Source of the DNA: Eledone cirrhosa
Taxonomy: Eukaryota
Assembly: GCA_964016885.1 (NCBI GenBank)
Contig: OZ024761.1
Span: 29,698,001 to 29,762,000, forward strand
DNA: 64,000 nt
Direction: 5' to 3'
The translations under genes were made by a program, and so were the position numbers. Below are positions 26,141 through 39,800 of the stretch, one piece after another. Below the pieces are notes generated by a model. The model was not told where the DNA came from, did no database searches, and saw only the letters and a program-made list of their open reading frames with translations. How positions within the stretch are numbered: the first letter of the stretch is position 1; each line of letters opens with the position of its first letter.

Positions 26141-28971
26141 CATGTTTCTTTTATCTCTCGTTGTTTGCTTTCTTTCCTTTTCTCTCGTATATGTTTCTTA
26201 ACAGGTATCCACCTGTTCATTGTTGAGGCCAATAAGATTAAAACTCAATGTGGCCTTGAAAAGATGGTTTCAATAAGATTAGGCAGAGAGTACCATATTT
26301 CTAGTCTTGAAATCCCTGATCTATCACACTGTCTTCTTCTAAGATACCTCTCCTAAGTTTTTCAAGATTTGCTAGCTTTATACGAACGTTTAAATTGATT
26401 AAATGAATATCTTAACCTTTTTGATACCAAACTGTCTGTAACCACCTCTGATTCTATAATACAAAGCCGTTTGTTTTAAAGTTTTTATATTCAAATTTAA
26501 ATTTATAATTTTATGAAATAACATTTAAGTTATGTTGCAAACACCAGTTTGAAAATGAGAAAGTTAGTTATATTACTAAATCCCTTCAAATATTTAATTA
26601 TTTCCAAAATTATTTGAATATCATATGTAGTGTATTTCATTAGAAATATGGTAACAAAAGTGTAAAAGCGATAAAAAAAATTAAAAGAATCTGGTGATTC
26701 TCCTCCAGCAGCAATGAGCTTTTAGGTAAATGTCTCCAAAAGGTTTTTTTGTTTTCATAAATCAGACAGATTTCATATGACATCTGCTAAAGGACACTCG
26801 TGTCATATATAAAACAAAAAAGATTATGCCAAGGACAACAGCTATGCTTTAATCATGATCTCCAAACATTAAGCTATTCAAAAGGTTGCTATATGGAATT
26901 AAAATCATGAGGATTTTATTTCTAAATAGGATAATAGGATAAGACATCTAAGCAGGAAATATCATTCTTTTAGACTTTATATTATATATATATATATATT
27001 GGTTTCAGTCATTAGACTGAAGCCATACTAGAGCACTGCCTTCAAGGGATTCTGTCAACCATTTTATACATTTCATAACATTCTAACATAGTTTTAATCA
27101 ACCCTAAAAAAACCAAACCACCTGAAACCAGCTCTGATTCTATTGTATAAAACATTATATAGGAACCTTTGTTAAGTTGTTTCAAACAACAGCTCAATAA
27201 TGAGAAAAATATTTTACTGAATTCCTTGAAATTCTTGATTATTTCAAAATAGGCAATGCCTTTCATTAGAAATATGGCATTGAAAAAGTTAATTATTGTT
27301 CCAAATACCATCTTATTAATGAAAAAGTTGGTTGTTTTCATACATCCTTCTAGATTCATTAGTTTCAAAATTAATTGAAATATAGTGCTTTCATTAGAAA
27401 TATGGTAATGAAAAGATAAAAAATACACCAAAAATAAAATACATAAAATATTAAAAAGAAAACAAAGAAACTTATACCATAAACACGTTATATCTGAAAA
27501 CATCACATTATAAAATAAATAAAATTTGATATTAAAACTGATAGAAGTTGGAAATACTTTCATCTTTACTTTGGCAATAAGATAAACAAAAAAATAAACA
27601 AAAATAAACAAAAAAATAATATATCAAGTTTGTTGAGTTAAGAATAGATATTTTAGCATTGATGACAAGAACAGCAGTCTTACATGTAACTAAGTGAATG
27701 ACTATATTTTACATTTTCAGTCAAACACTACACTAAATGCAAATTAAAATATATCGTTCATTATACACAAAGTGTATACAGAGCATCTTAAACAAACTGA
27801 GCGAGGGGGAAGATCCAAAATAAAGTAATCTAAAAAGAACACTTCAGAATCATCTTTCCCTAGGGATATATTCCTAGTCAAGCAACCTAAAGATATAAGG
27901 CTTCACTCCTAGCTCTAAATATATTTGCTTCTCTGAATGAGATTATTTTAGTGTTCTCTTTTCAGATATTCTGTATATTTGTGACAAACTTATGTTGTAT
28001 TATATATATACGGAAGAGTGTCAAAGACATAACCTCCCTATGCCAGTGTCACAACAACATACACTCAGAGAACAGGATTGTATTGAAGTGTGGTGCACAT
28101 CCCCAGACCATCTAAAAAGTTAGTAACCCTGCTCGAGTACCGATTCATCCAACCTATGCTAACAGTGAAAATGGATATTGAATATTGGCAGTGATGATGA
28201 TAGTGAGAGAAAAGCATTCAATAATAAAAGTATATAAAGAACAGAAGTATTTGAAACTGAAACTATATTCCCAATTGTCTTTAATATCCTCCCATACAAA
28301 AGGTTGATAACAGACAAATAAATGGAACCCGTGTTCAGTAGAGCAAATCATTTAGTGGACCAGCAAAATATATATACTGTAGGCCCCCTTCGGTCATGGT
28401 TTTACACCTGGAAAGTTCCCCTCTAAGGCACAAGCCTGGGAAAGTTCCACTCACACACATGTAAGTAGGAATGAAATCAAGGTTGCACCATAAATGAACC
28501 TTATTGCATATGACAATTGTTTTGAGATCTATCAGCTCAGCGTTTGATCATAGTGTTTGGGGTCCCAGATATACATTCGTAGGCACAGAACACATTTTAT
28601 ATATATGTTATAAGTTAAAAAGCTTTCACTTTTGTTGGCAGAAATATCAATTTCATTATGGCTGAGCCAGAGAAAATAGGCTGTTGGATCAGACTTAATG
28701 AGCTATATTTATACTATATGGTTGGTGTTGAGCACATTTTCTCTAATATAAGCATACAACATAATATAATATGGAAGGCAACATAAACCTCATTTTGATC
28801 TCATTGTCACAGGTAGGGTAAAACGAATTTTCTATATTAAAGACATAAGGAATTGTTTGAGGGAGAGGATAGAAGTGAAATAACCTGCATGTAAAATACT
28901 AGAATCTGACACAAACAAAAGTAATTAGAGACTGAAAGAATAGAGAAATGATGGATGTTACAATAGTATTA

Positions 28972-29274
28972 CAGTGGAACCTCAGTTCACAAACTTAATT
29001 CATTCCTGAAGGCCATTCATCACCCGAAATGTTCGTAAACCAAAACTATTTTCCTCATACAAAATGTTGAGAGTGTGTGAAAAAGAGACATATCACCATA
29101 GCAACTAACTACACAGCAAGTAATTCTTTCCTGCTTGCCATCAGCTGTTGTTGCTGGCTTGTGTGTTCGTTACTTGAGATACTGTTCGTCACCCGAGATG
29201 TTTTATGTTTGAAAAAGTTGTTCATGAACCGATTTGTTCATGATGAGAGGCATTCATGAACCGAGGTTCTACTG
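28972..29274. mobile_element. Tigger/pogo-like MITE
   Basis: TA|CAGTGGAACCTCAGTTCA...TGAACCGAGGTTCTACTG|TA: TIRs plus TA target duplication. Confidence 0.88.
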
Positions 29275-29976
29275 TACTGCAAATTCTTAGTTCAAAGTTT
29301 ATAGATTTTATTGCAGTTCATAAATTAACAGTTGATGTGGGCAGGTCTAAGATATAATTTATCTAGATTAAATACCTGATCATTTCAGGTACTTTACTGA
29401 GCTAGAGAAGAGAGCAGTCATGTTAGGACACAGACATGCTCATCTGACTTGTCTAATCCATACAAGAATGGAAAATAGGTGTTAAACGGTGATGAAGATG
29501 ATGATGATATATAATATAAAGTGAAATAACTTAGTAAAATAAATTTAAAGCACTTCATAATTTTAAACATTTACAAGTAAAATTTAGAATTATAGTGACA
29601 GTGAAATGTTAAAGTATTTTGATATGGCCTCCTCATATATGTGAACAATATTTCTTTCATGTGTTTCAAATTAGACTGGTGACTAGAAGTGACTAAGAAC
29701 TAAACCAAGTTTAATCCTTTCGCTTCATGCAGTTGAGGATATCAAAAGTTGAAATATATTAAAATTGCAGCTTCTATAATTTTAATATTTAGATTTATCC
29801 AAGAGATTTGGTTACTTAGACAAACTTGCATTACAATCATTTTATAGAAATCATTCCATTAACAAAATTTATTTAAATTTGAAATTTCATTTATTTAAAA
29901 ATCAAAATGAAATATTTAAGAAATGTAAACATGAATTTATTTTATAATACTGAAATTAAGAGAAAAATAACAGTGC

Positions 29977-30010
<34 letters not shown>

Positions 30011-30924
30011 TGTACAATAAAAGGCATTATAAGTGTTCATACTAAATAGAACAAGACAAATCATTTGAAAACAATAGGGAAAAAAAAATACGCAGGCAAA
30101 GGCAAGTTTCCATCCAAAAGTATATAAACAAATAATCAACTAAAATGCAACCAAAAATATTTATAAAAACCAATTGTGTGTGGCATGACAAAAATTTATA
30201 ATTTTCAGTCATTATTGGAAAATGTGCAATCTGGTAACTTAAATATTTCATTGATTGATTGGAAAAATGTACAGGCAAGTCTTTGAAAAAAAAAAAAAAA
30301 AAAAAGCTTCATTAAATGTTTTGTAATTGAAATACGAAGGAAAAATATTAAAAATGAGAATTTATCAAATTATGTTCTCGGAGGAAAAAAAAAAAAAAAT
30401 CTATCAATATCGTAGAGTATAATTTAATTTATCAATCAAGAAAGTATATTATGTATATGAATTAAAAAGCAGGCACAGTCATAACAGCCAAGTTGATAGA
30501 TTATGAGAGAAATTTAGAAAATCCTTCAAGGGCATCACAAATTCTAGGTTTTTTACAAACATTGCCAACCCACAGAGAATGGCTTTCATTTGAAAGTAAT
30601 AAGACAGCAACTAATATTGACACTTTTATGTGTTTTGTAATTAATTTTTTTTTAGCAAAGGCCTAATTTCTGACCTCTTGGTCCTTTTCATGCCAACCTG
30701 GCTCTGGTTCTCTGAAACAACACCATTCATTTCAAAAGGTTCCCATTTAAATTAAAATCTCCAGGCATAATTTTATATAAAAACCATATCTTAGGAATGA
30801 ACATTTTTGTAAACCCTCTCAACATTCTTCAGTAATTAATTTAAATAGAACATATTCATTTGATAGTCACAAAAAGGTTAAAACCTAATTCTCAAATTTA
30901 TAACTCAAATTTCTAAATTTCAAT

Positions 30925-30958
<34 letters not shown>

Positions 30959-31123
30959 AAATTATTAGGGCCAGTTACTACAAGGGAGGACCAACATTTT
31001 CAAATCGTTTGAAAAAGTTGGTCCTCTAGGTCAATGAAATGTACATTGCTCTATAGATCTGTTATAGTAAGTCGCCAACTCACCCTACAGACTTGAGTTG
31101 TTCTGTAACTTGGATATTTCTAC

Positions 31124-31184
<61 letters not shown>

Positions 31185-32519
31185 CACACTGTCCAGTTCA
31201 GGTTTATGATTTAGTGGGTGTTTTGATTAACCCTTTTGATACCAGAACACATGAAATTGCTTGCGGTCCTACAATACTGTTTGCTTTTAAGGTGTTTAGA
31301 TATATCTAAAAAAAAAAAAAACCCCCAAAAAAACCTTCCATCATAATTTTATGTAAGAACCTTTATGTTCCAAACACTATGAGAAAGTTAGTTACATAAC
31401 CAAAAATTCAGAGTGATATTTAAAGTTGATTATAAATCATATGCAATGTCTTTCATGAGAAATATTGTTGGTATATCATTAAAAAAGAGAATAGTACTTC
31501 AACTCTTAACATCCTGTAATGATTTGAGAACATTTCTAAAAACAGGTTTGTTAATTCAAATTTTTGTAGTATCTTTACTGTTAGACAGATCATTGGGAAA
31601 ATTTGCAGTATCAGAGTAAGGTCTTTAATTTTTTTGTATGATGCACTCAATGCTGTTTTGTACTATTCAAGAATGTCTTGTTAATCCGGTTTCATGTGAA
31701 ACAGGATTTTAAGAATTTAAAAAAACTGTTCTCTCTGCTGCCCATCCATCTTCCAGGAATTTCTCATTAGATATTTGCAGACATGTATTTAGGTCATATA
31801 AAAAAAGGAGAAAGTATTTAGTCATCCAATAAGATATTTATTTAAAAACAAAATTAGTTTTGTTTATTTTTATGTTATATTTTAAGAAATCACAACAGTG
31901 CATCCCCATCTCCCATCCTTGATAACTTGGGTGTTTTGTGGAGGGCAACTAAAGCTTCAAGAGTTCTATCTTTTTTTAATAGACCTTCTAAATGGTGTAT
32001 GCCTGAATACACTCCTACAGTTACTTAGTGAAATCCAGTAATTGAAGTGATGGTCTGTGTAAGCCATCATTTACATCTGGAAGACTTTCCTGCCAAATCC
32101 ACTTTAAGATTCAAAACATATGTATAAGATATACAATTTTTGTTACCATATTTCCACATCAAAACTGTTTTCCATTTGACATAGGTAGGATGGGTCGTCG
32201 TGTTCTAAGACTATATATACAGGTCAGATGACCACATTTTGCTTATATGTTCCATATTTTGTATGCTTTCTACAGTTGGGTGTCTTTCCTAATGCCATGT
32301 ATTTTAGTTTATTTTGAAAATAATGAAATATCTGAAGGAATTTGGTAATATAACCTAACTTATTCATAAAAGGTTCTTACATAAAAATATGACGGAGGGT
32401 TTTAATTGAAACAAGTAGTTTCATGTCATAAAACCAGGGGTGGTTTCAGGTAGTTTTGTATTAAAAGGCTTAATTGGAATATTTAATTTTCTTTCAGTAT
32501 CCTGTGATTTATATATATT

Positions 32520-32763
32520 ATCATCATCGTTTAACGTCCATCTTCCACGCTAGCATGGGTTAGACGGGAGTTGTCCCAATTTGAGGCAAGGTTGGTCAGG
32601 TGACCGTGTCTCGCTTATATAGGATGACCTGGCAGGTTTTCTATGGCTGGATGCCCTTCCTAACACCAACCACATTTACAGTGTGAACTGGGAACTTTTT
32701 ACCGTTACCTACATGGCCACATAACAGCGAGGACTGTGTTTTTTTGTCGTGACACCCACACGA
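32520..32763 (-). mobile_element. SINE-like family A copy
   Basis: Same core and tail. Confidence 0.85.
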
Positions 32764-33006
32764 TCTCTCTCTAAGAGATGTCAACATGAATGGACCTATT
32801 ATTTTTATCTATAGACATTTTTTCTAATTCCATCCCGCCCGTCCTCTTAATCTATTTTATTTCTCATTCTTTCTTCTGATGAAGAACTAGCGTCCGAAAC
32901 GTTAAGACCCTCTTCCTGCTATATCAAGCGTTAACCTAATATATACCTTCCATATACTGTACCGATTGTGTTGTTATTTGTTTACCTTTTACATACATAT
33001 ATATAA
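32764..33006 (+). mobile_element. Penelope-like element pseudo-LTR remnant carrying the hammerhead
   Basis: Pyrimidine-rich lead-in, CTGATGAAG...CCGAAACGT signature, T-rich tail ending in (AT)n. Assignment is by analogy; no ORF present. Confidence 0.5.
32872..32907 (+). ncRNA. Minimal type I hammerhead ribozyme motif
   Basis: UCUU-CUGAUGA-A-GAAC(UAGC)GUCC-GAAAC-GUU^AAGA: stem I UCUU/AAGA, intact core, palindromic ACGU stem III, one A-C mismatch in stem II. Confidence 0.65.
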
Positions 33007-33269
33007 TTGGTGTTGGATGCTTAAAGCGTCCGTATGCGGTAGGCCATATGAGCACTCAATGCCCTCGTAGAGCAGAGTAAGATATCACAGAAAAAAGAGA
33101 ATCGGTGTTGCGACGAAAGGAATTTATTGGACATATTACAAATGTTTCTCGGGCGACCAGCTCGAGGCACGATCGATATGGGATCACACCTGACTGATTT
33201 CAGAGTCATTTGTAACATGTCCAATAAATTCCTTTCGTCGCAACACTGATTCTCTTTTTTCTGTGATAT
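33007..33269 (+). mobile_element. (TA)n-flanked head + hairpin element (63-bp arms 33082-33144 and 33207-33269)
   Basis: Inverted arms with 2 mismatches and a 62-nt spacer; 75-bp head containing GAGCACTCAAT; TA runs on both sides. Confidence 0.7.
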
Positions 33270-35926
33270 ATATATATATATATAAAACAAAACAACCATA
33301 TTGCTGAAATTAAAACTTTTAAGCATTTGATACTAAGCTGCTTCTTTTAAAGTGTTTATATTTATTCATCTAAAAACTCCATCATAATTTTCTGTAAAAA
33401 CCTTATGTTCCAAAGACCACCAGATTAACGAGAAAATTATATTACTACATCCCTCACGCAAATTCTTCATTATTTTCAATCAGTGGCAATGTCTTTTGTT
33501 AGAAATATGATAAAACGCTGTCATCCAAAAGGTGGGGAGGGGTTAGCTGAAGAAGTGGAATATGTCCACAACTACAACAAATTTCTACTTTTAAGTGGGG
33601 CAAAAATATTGGAATTGAATCCAAGCCATTGTTTATTGTGTTTTAAGTTATATAATGTTGCACAAGATACACGGAAGAACCACCATGTACTGTTGGAGGT
33701 GGTAAGTAGGTTGCTGATGTATAGGAAGAGAAGTATGGGTGGGGGAAGAAAAGCTCTAACACAGGCAACAGACAGTCTGACAGGAAGCTATTGATCTCTC
33801 TCACACACACACACAAATCATTACATAACACAGGCAAATATTTGATACGAGGAGTAACTTATCAGATAACGATGTATCATTTAAAAGGTTTGCTTCTAAA
33901 AATTCTATCTCCCTTTCAACAACAGTGCAGAATGAAGTTTCAGTTTCAAACTGTTCTTCTATGCATCTACAAAATATCACTTTGTCTTTTGAAATTTTAG
34001 TAATAATAGATTGGATTTAGAGAGCTTTACCAGGTCCTGTGAACTTAAAAAAGAACTAGGATTTTGTTGAGGGACATTGGAATGCTGTATTGAGTTGAGC
34101 TTATTAACCATTTTCATTTTAAAGAACGCTAGACAACTTTATTTATACATCAGTCATAAATCAAGTTACTTACGCAATAAAACCATTTTACTGAGGTTTA
34201 TATGAACGTTCAAAGGAATTCAACATTACAAACCAATCAACAATACTCCCTGATTGAATATTAATTTAGCTTTATAAATAGTAAAATGAGGCACTGAAAC
34301 CCATAACCAAAAAAAAAAAAAAAAAACATTTAAAAATTGTTTTATGTATAATGCTAACATTAAATACATATCTGTACATATACCATACAAGATTAACAGA
34401 GACTGCATACATGTGTATATAATAAATACACACATTGAGGCAACAGACATATAAACATGTTAAATTTATGTATTTCCTTGTGGATTAAAGACATTTTGCA
34501 TGTCTATATAATGAAAAAACATATATATCCACATAGACTCAGTTAATCATGTACTGTATATGTACAGATATGTATTTATCCTATATTTTGGATCCTTATT
34601 GCACAATTTAATGTATAATGATAACTGTCTTTAATTTCACATTTTATGTTATGGTTGAAAAATATATATATACAGAAAAATAAAAAAGTAACCAACCCAA
34701 ACAAGAATTCTACCCTCTCTCTATATATATATATATAAATGAGATAAGCATCACAGAAATATAATAGAATAGTGTTTGAATATGTTGGTGTAATGTACCT
34801 AGACTTTTTAGAAGTGAAAGAAACATACCAGAGATGAAATAAAAATAAGTATCTGGTAGGAAATGAAAAGGATATTTAGGAGAGTGAATACTAAGTACCT
34901 TTCAGTACCTTGGACAGCAAGTTATGTCTTTCTTCCCAGTCAGGTCCTGAAATTTTCAAGGTGCTCTAAATTATCTTGCGAGGAGAAGCGAATATAGAAC
35001 AATTCAGGAGTTTCTTTGGCACAGAAAATAGAGAAATGCATGACCGGGTTTCGGCTTTACTTTATTTTGACCCAAAAATGTGTATACAACATATACATAT
35101 ATATATACACACACATGCATACACATATATATATAGGTATACATTATATATATATATATATTACACTCACGAAATTGACTTAAGTTACTTCTTCACAAAA
35201 ATTGAAATAGATAATGTGTATAAAAAAATAAAAAAGGGCTAACGTTACTATCAAAATATATATATATATCACAGGATAATTATTACTGAAAATCTTCATT
35301 ATCATATCCAGACCGTTTATAATTAACCAGTTATTTTAAATGTTGTAGAAATAAAGGACCAAGGAAATTTTTTTTTTTTTATTTCGTCTGAATGTAGCAG
35401 TAATACTAATTACGTGAATATTAAATTAAAATGGAGGTTTTAAATAAATAGTAAAAAGGCTGTTAAAAAAAAAAAAAAAAAAAAAAATGCTCTTCATTTT
35501 AACTATAAAAAAAAAAAAAAATTAAATATGAAAAACAAAGAAAGCAAGCTCTAAAAAAAAAAAAGCTAAAACTAAAAAAATAGACAAAAGTTCTTTATAA
35601 CACAAATAGAAGTTGCAATAGAGTAGTGAGTGACACAACAAGTATTCTATTTTTAATTAGGACAATGAAGCTACCATTAACATTTCATAGGATCATCAAC
35701 ATCATAATCATCGTTTAACATCTATTTTCCACGCCTGGATGGGTTAGGTAGATTGTCATATATATATATATATATATTTTCTACGGCTGGATGCCCTTTC
35801 CAATGCTAACCACATTTCAGCATGAACTGGAAGCTGTGTTTGTGGCACTAGCACTACCACCTTACAGAGTGAACTGTGCTTTTTGTCGTGCCAAATACAT
35901 AATACACACACACTATATATATATAT

Positions 35927-36130
35927 CCGGATATAATCAGTTTAAAACTAGTTAGACCATTACTCATCAGAGTACTCGATACTTAGGGTGGTAGAGTATG
36001 GCTATATCATAAAGAGTTTCAACAGCTAGTTCCAGAACTAGCTCTTGAAATGGCAAGAGCTCAGCCGCCAGGCCATGACTCTTTGATTGGTATCTACTAT
36101 ACTGCGGCTACAACTTCGATTTATACCCAT
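35927..36130 (+). mobile_element. Diverged member of the head + hairpin family
   Basis: AGAGTACTCGATACTTAGGGTGGTAGAGT head and TCCAGAACTAGCTCTTGAAATGGCAAGAGCTC core; TA flanks. Related partial copies at ~52460-52575 and ~62190-62245. Confidence 0.55.
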
Positions 36131-36144
36131 TATTATATATATAT

Positions 36145-36816
36145 ATATTTCTCAAATAATATTTTATATCTTGATATTTGTAATAAAAATGTGTTGAATA
36201 TGACTACTTTTTAAATTTAGCTATATATTTGTAAATTGTGTTCTGCCTTATAAGAAAACAATAATTAAAAAGAAATGTTGATGGTGGTTTTGTATATTTG
36301 ATCTGTTCAATTGATATATATATACACACACATACATACATACATGGTGAATATTTATGGTTATTATTCTCTGTAATTACTACATGCTGCCTATGAACCC
36401 CGTTTGCAGCTCATAAAAAACTGAATTGAATGTTGCTACTCTGATAAACACATTTTGTATGTCACTGATATCTGAGGCACCCTACTCAACAGTGACATAC
36501 AAAATGTGTTTATCAGAGTAGCAACATTCAATTCAGTTTTTTATGAGCTGCTAACGGGGTTCATAGGCAGCATGTAGTAATTACAGAGAATAATAACCAT
36601 AAATATTCACCATGTATGTATGTATGTGTGTGTGTATATATATATCAATTGAACAGATCAAATTTACAAAACCACCATCAACATTTCTTTTTAATTATTG
36701 TTTTCTTATAAGGCAGAACACGGTTTACAAATATATAGCTAAATTTAAAAAGTAGTCATATTCAACACATATTTTTATTACAAATATCAAGATATAAAAT
36801 ATTATTTGAGAAATAT
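36145..36816. repeat. Long near-perfect inverted repeat (arms 36145-36467 and 36490-36816, 22-nt spacer)
   Basis: Direct reading: the arms are reverse complements with about 4 substitutions and two 2-nt indels. Confidence 0.95.
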
Positions 36817-39800
36817 GAGAAACTTCACAGGAAATTAGGAAGTGCCATTTTTAAAGCAGAATGACACCTTCCCCACCTTTGATGTCAGCATGGAGACGAG
36901 TCACTTAATGGAGATAGGGGGACTTCTGAATGTAAATATGTATTTGGTGTAATAATCCTATATGGTAAATTGTCAAAGTCGTTAGCACATTGGAATAAAT
37001 GCCTTGGTATCTGTCTATCTTTCTGTACTCTTGAGTTCAAAACCTGAGAAGGGGCCAATAAATAAATTACCAATCAGATGGGATACTTTGCAGTATCTGT
37101 GGACCGAGTTCAAATCCTGCCTCCAGTTACAGGAAATAGAATTTGTTCTGCAGCCAGCAATATGAAGAAAACCAATGGAAATAATTGTCTTCATTATTCG
37201 CTCAAACAATCAACTTTCTTAAAATCAATTTTTTTTTCTTTTGCACATCACTAAAAAAATAGCAAGATGGGATTGGGGCCCACTATCATTAACCCTTTTG
37301 CTACCAACCCACCCAAAACAGATTTTGTTTCCATGAAACAAAACCACCCATTCATAGACTTTCAATTAAAATCTTTCAACAATTTTATAAAAACATTTTG
37401 TTAAGTTCTGTTTACAAAGAAATCACTCCAAATTCTACATTAATTGAATCAAATACAGTGTCATCATCATCATCATCATCATCGTTTAACGTCTATCTTC
37501 CACGCTAGCATTATTTTTGAGAAATATGGTAAGTAACAGGTTAAAACATCCAAACTTCCAACTCCCTTATGAGATGCAATCTAGTACACAGCCAACTAAA
37601 TATACCTGCACAGGTGTGAGCAATAACAACAATCATTGAAAAATAATCTACATATAACTGGGTATCTTGAGTTGTGACTTTCCTATCTGATTACTACATG
37701 GAATACTTAAATTACATTCAGAAGATACATTTAAAACTAGGCTTTGGAATTCTTAGGATTCTACTTTGAAAAGTGACGCTTTCTTAATACTGACAGCCCA
37801 TCTAGTACCTCTAGCTTAACTCAAAGGAAATCTCAAGAAATCTTCATTAATCCCTTTATACCAACCAACTCACCCATTTTAAAATGTTCTTGCTTAAATT
37901 AAAACCTTTGATATAAGAAACTTTTGTTAAATTATATTACAAATACCAGCTTAATGTTTTTCTATCACTGGCACAAGGCCAGTGGACATGAAGAGGGTGT
38001 TGGACATGCAATCATGAATTTGTGGGATAAATTCTTGGAAGGTTGGCATTTCAGCTAAAAAAAAATAACAGTAGCTAAGAATAAACTGACATCCAATGAG
38101 ACAACATTATAAGAAGTCAACTAAATCTACATAGGTGTGAGCTACAACACTGTCTGCACAGCATCAGGCTTATCATAAAACCAGGAACCAGATTCAAATG
38201 ACTACCTATTTTTCATTATACTAAAATAGAGTATGGATATTTAAAAAAAAAACAATAAAAAAAACATACACACACAACCTTTCATTACCGTATTTCCAAT
38301 GAAATACTTTGTATTTGAATTAATTAATGAAGAATTTGGGAAGATTTACTAAGATAGTAACTTAATGTAAAGTTACTATTTAAAATTAGGTTGGAAGATT
38401 TTAAATTTAAATTGGAAAAACGTTTAAAATGGGTGACATTACTTCATCGAACCAGAGCTAGTTTTGGCCGGATTGTTAACAAACGAGTTAAGATGGTATT
38501 TGTAACATTAAAAAATGCTTTTATGTCAAATTATATTGGAAGGTTTTAATCTAAGTAAGAACCCTTTAAAATAAGTGATTTTGTTTCACAGAAACAGGTA
38601 GTTTTGGGTGGGTTGTTTTAAATAAATGAAGAACTAACATTAAACTGCAACATGACAGTCTATAGCAAAAATTTCTTCAGTGAATGAATGCTTCACATAT
38701 GTTCTCCCATGTTGGTGTGAGTTGAATGAAGCCAAGAGCTCTCGGTTTCTTGAGCTTAAGGTAACAGAGTACAAGACTCCTTGTTAGATGGAATGGCGGC
38801 CCGAGATGGATACCCTCCCCAACTGCCACTGGTACTCATTTTCAACAGTGATTTAGAGCACTACATGAATTGAAGTGTCTTGCTGAAGGACAGACATGTG
38901 TCACCCAGGCTGGAAATCAAACAAACATTATAATCACGAAACAAACACCCTAACCACAAGGCCACGTGCACCTTAAATATGCTATCTCTCAACATCTTGT
39001 ACCACATGAAAACACAAGGCATTCTTGAAATATACAAAACAGCAATATGAATACATCTCTTTAAAAATTAAAGTCTACACTAATACAGTAAATTTTCACT
39101 TGTGAAGATACAATATAAATATTTGAATTAACAAACCACTCGTTGGATATAGTCTGCTGAATTTTTACCGGTTGTTAAGAGAGTTAAATAAATAAATACT
39201 ATGTGTTAACATTCTGATAGCTATGTCCAAGCAAATTAGACTGCACAGGAAAACAAAACATAATACAACAGATTTAATTCACTGACCCATTTTTTTGTAC
39301 CTTGCTCATTTAGCTTGCAGGCATAAATCTTTTCCTAACAAGCACTCAATTTATTAAACAGATGATAAGAGAAAGAACACGTCATTCAATCTATTAAGTT
39401 TAAAAGAAGAAAAAAATTAAATCTTTTAAAGCATCTGGTTATGTAGGTAAGAGTAATTAGTTTCAAGCTATCAAATGAATTTTTAAAAAATAATAAAAAG
39501 TTTGCAATTTTGAAGCAACAGAAAAAATATTTAGAATTGCAAATGAATAAAATTAAACTTTAATAGCACGAGAAAAAATAAAAATAAATGTAGTGGTATA
39601 ATATCAGAAGGCTTCAAAACCTGAAGAATCCTAACCTTTGTCCACAACAAAAATGGAAGGAGCAAACCATAAGATTGGAGCAATGGTCTTTCCATTGTTG
39701 ATACTATGTGTCAGTCACAAATCCAGAGACAGGAGCCAAGATTCCAACTTAGAATGTACAGAACAAAGACAAATATCAAAATATTTAGCCCTTTATATCC

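Noticed and set aside
27042-27611. 189-aa ORF
   Set aside because: TTG start, F/L/I/K-biased, overlaps AT-rich MITE copies, no recognisable motif.
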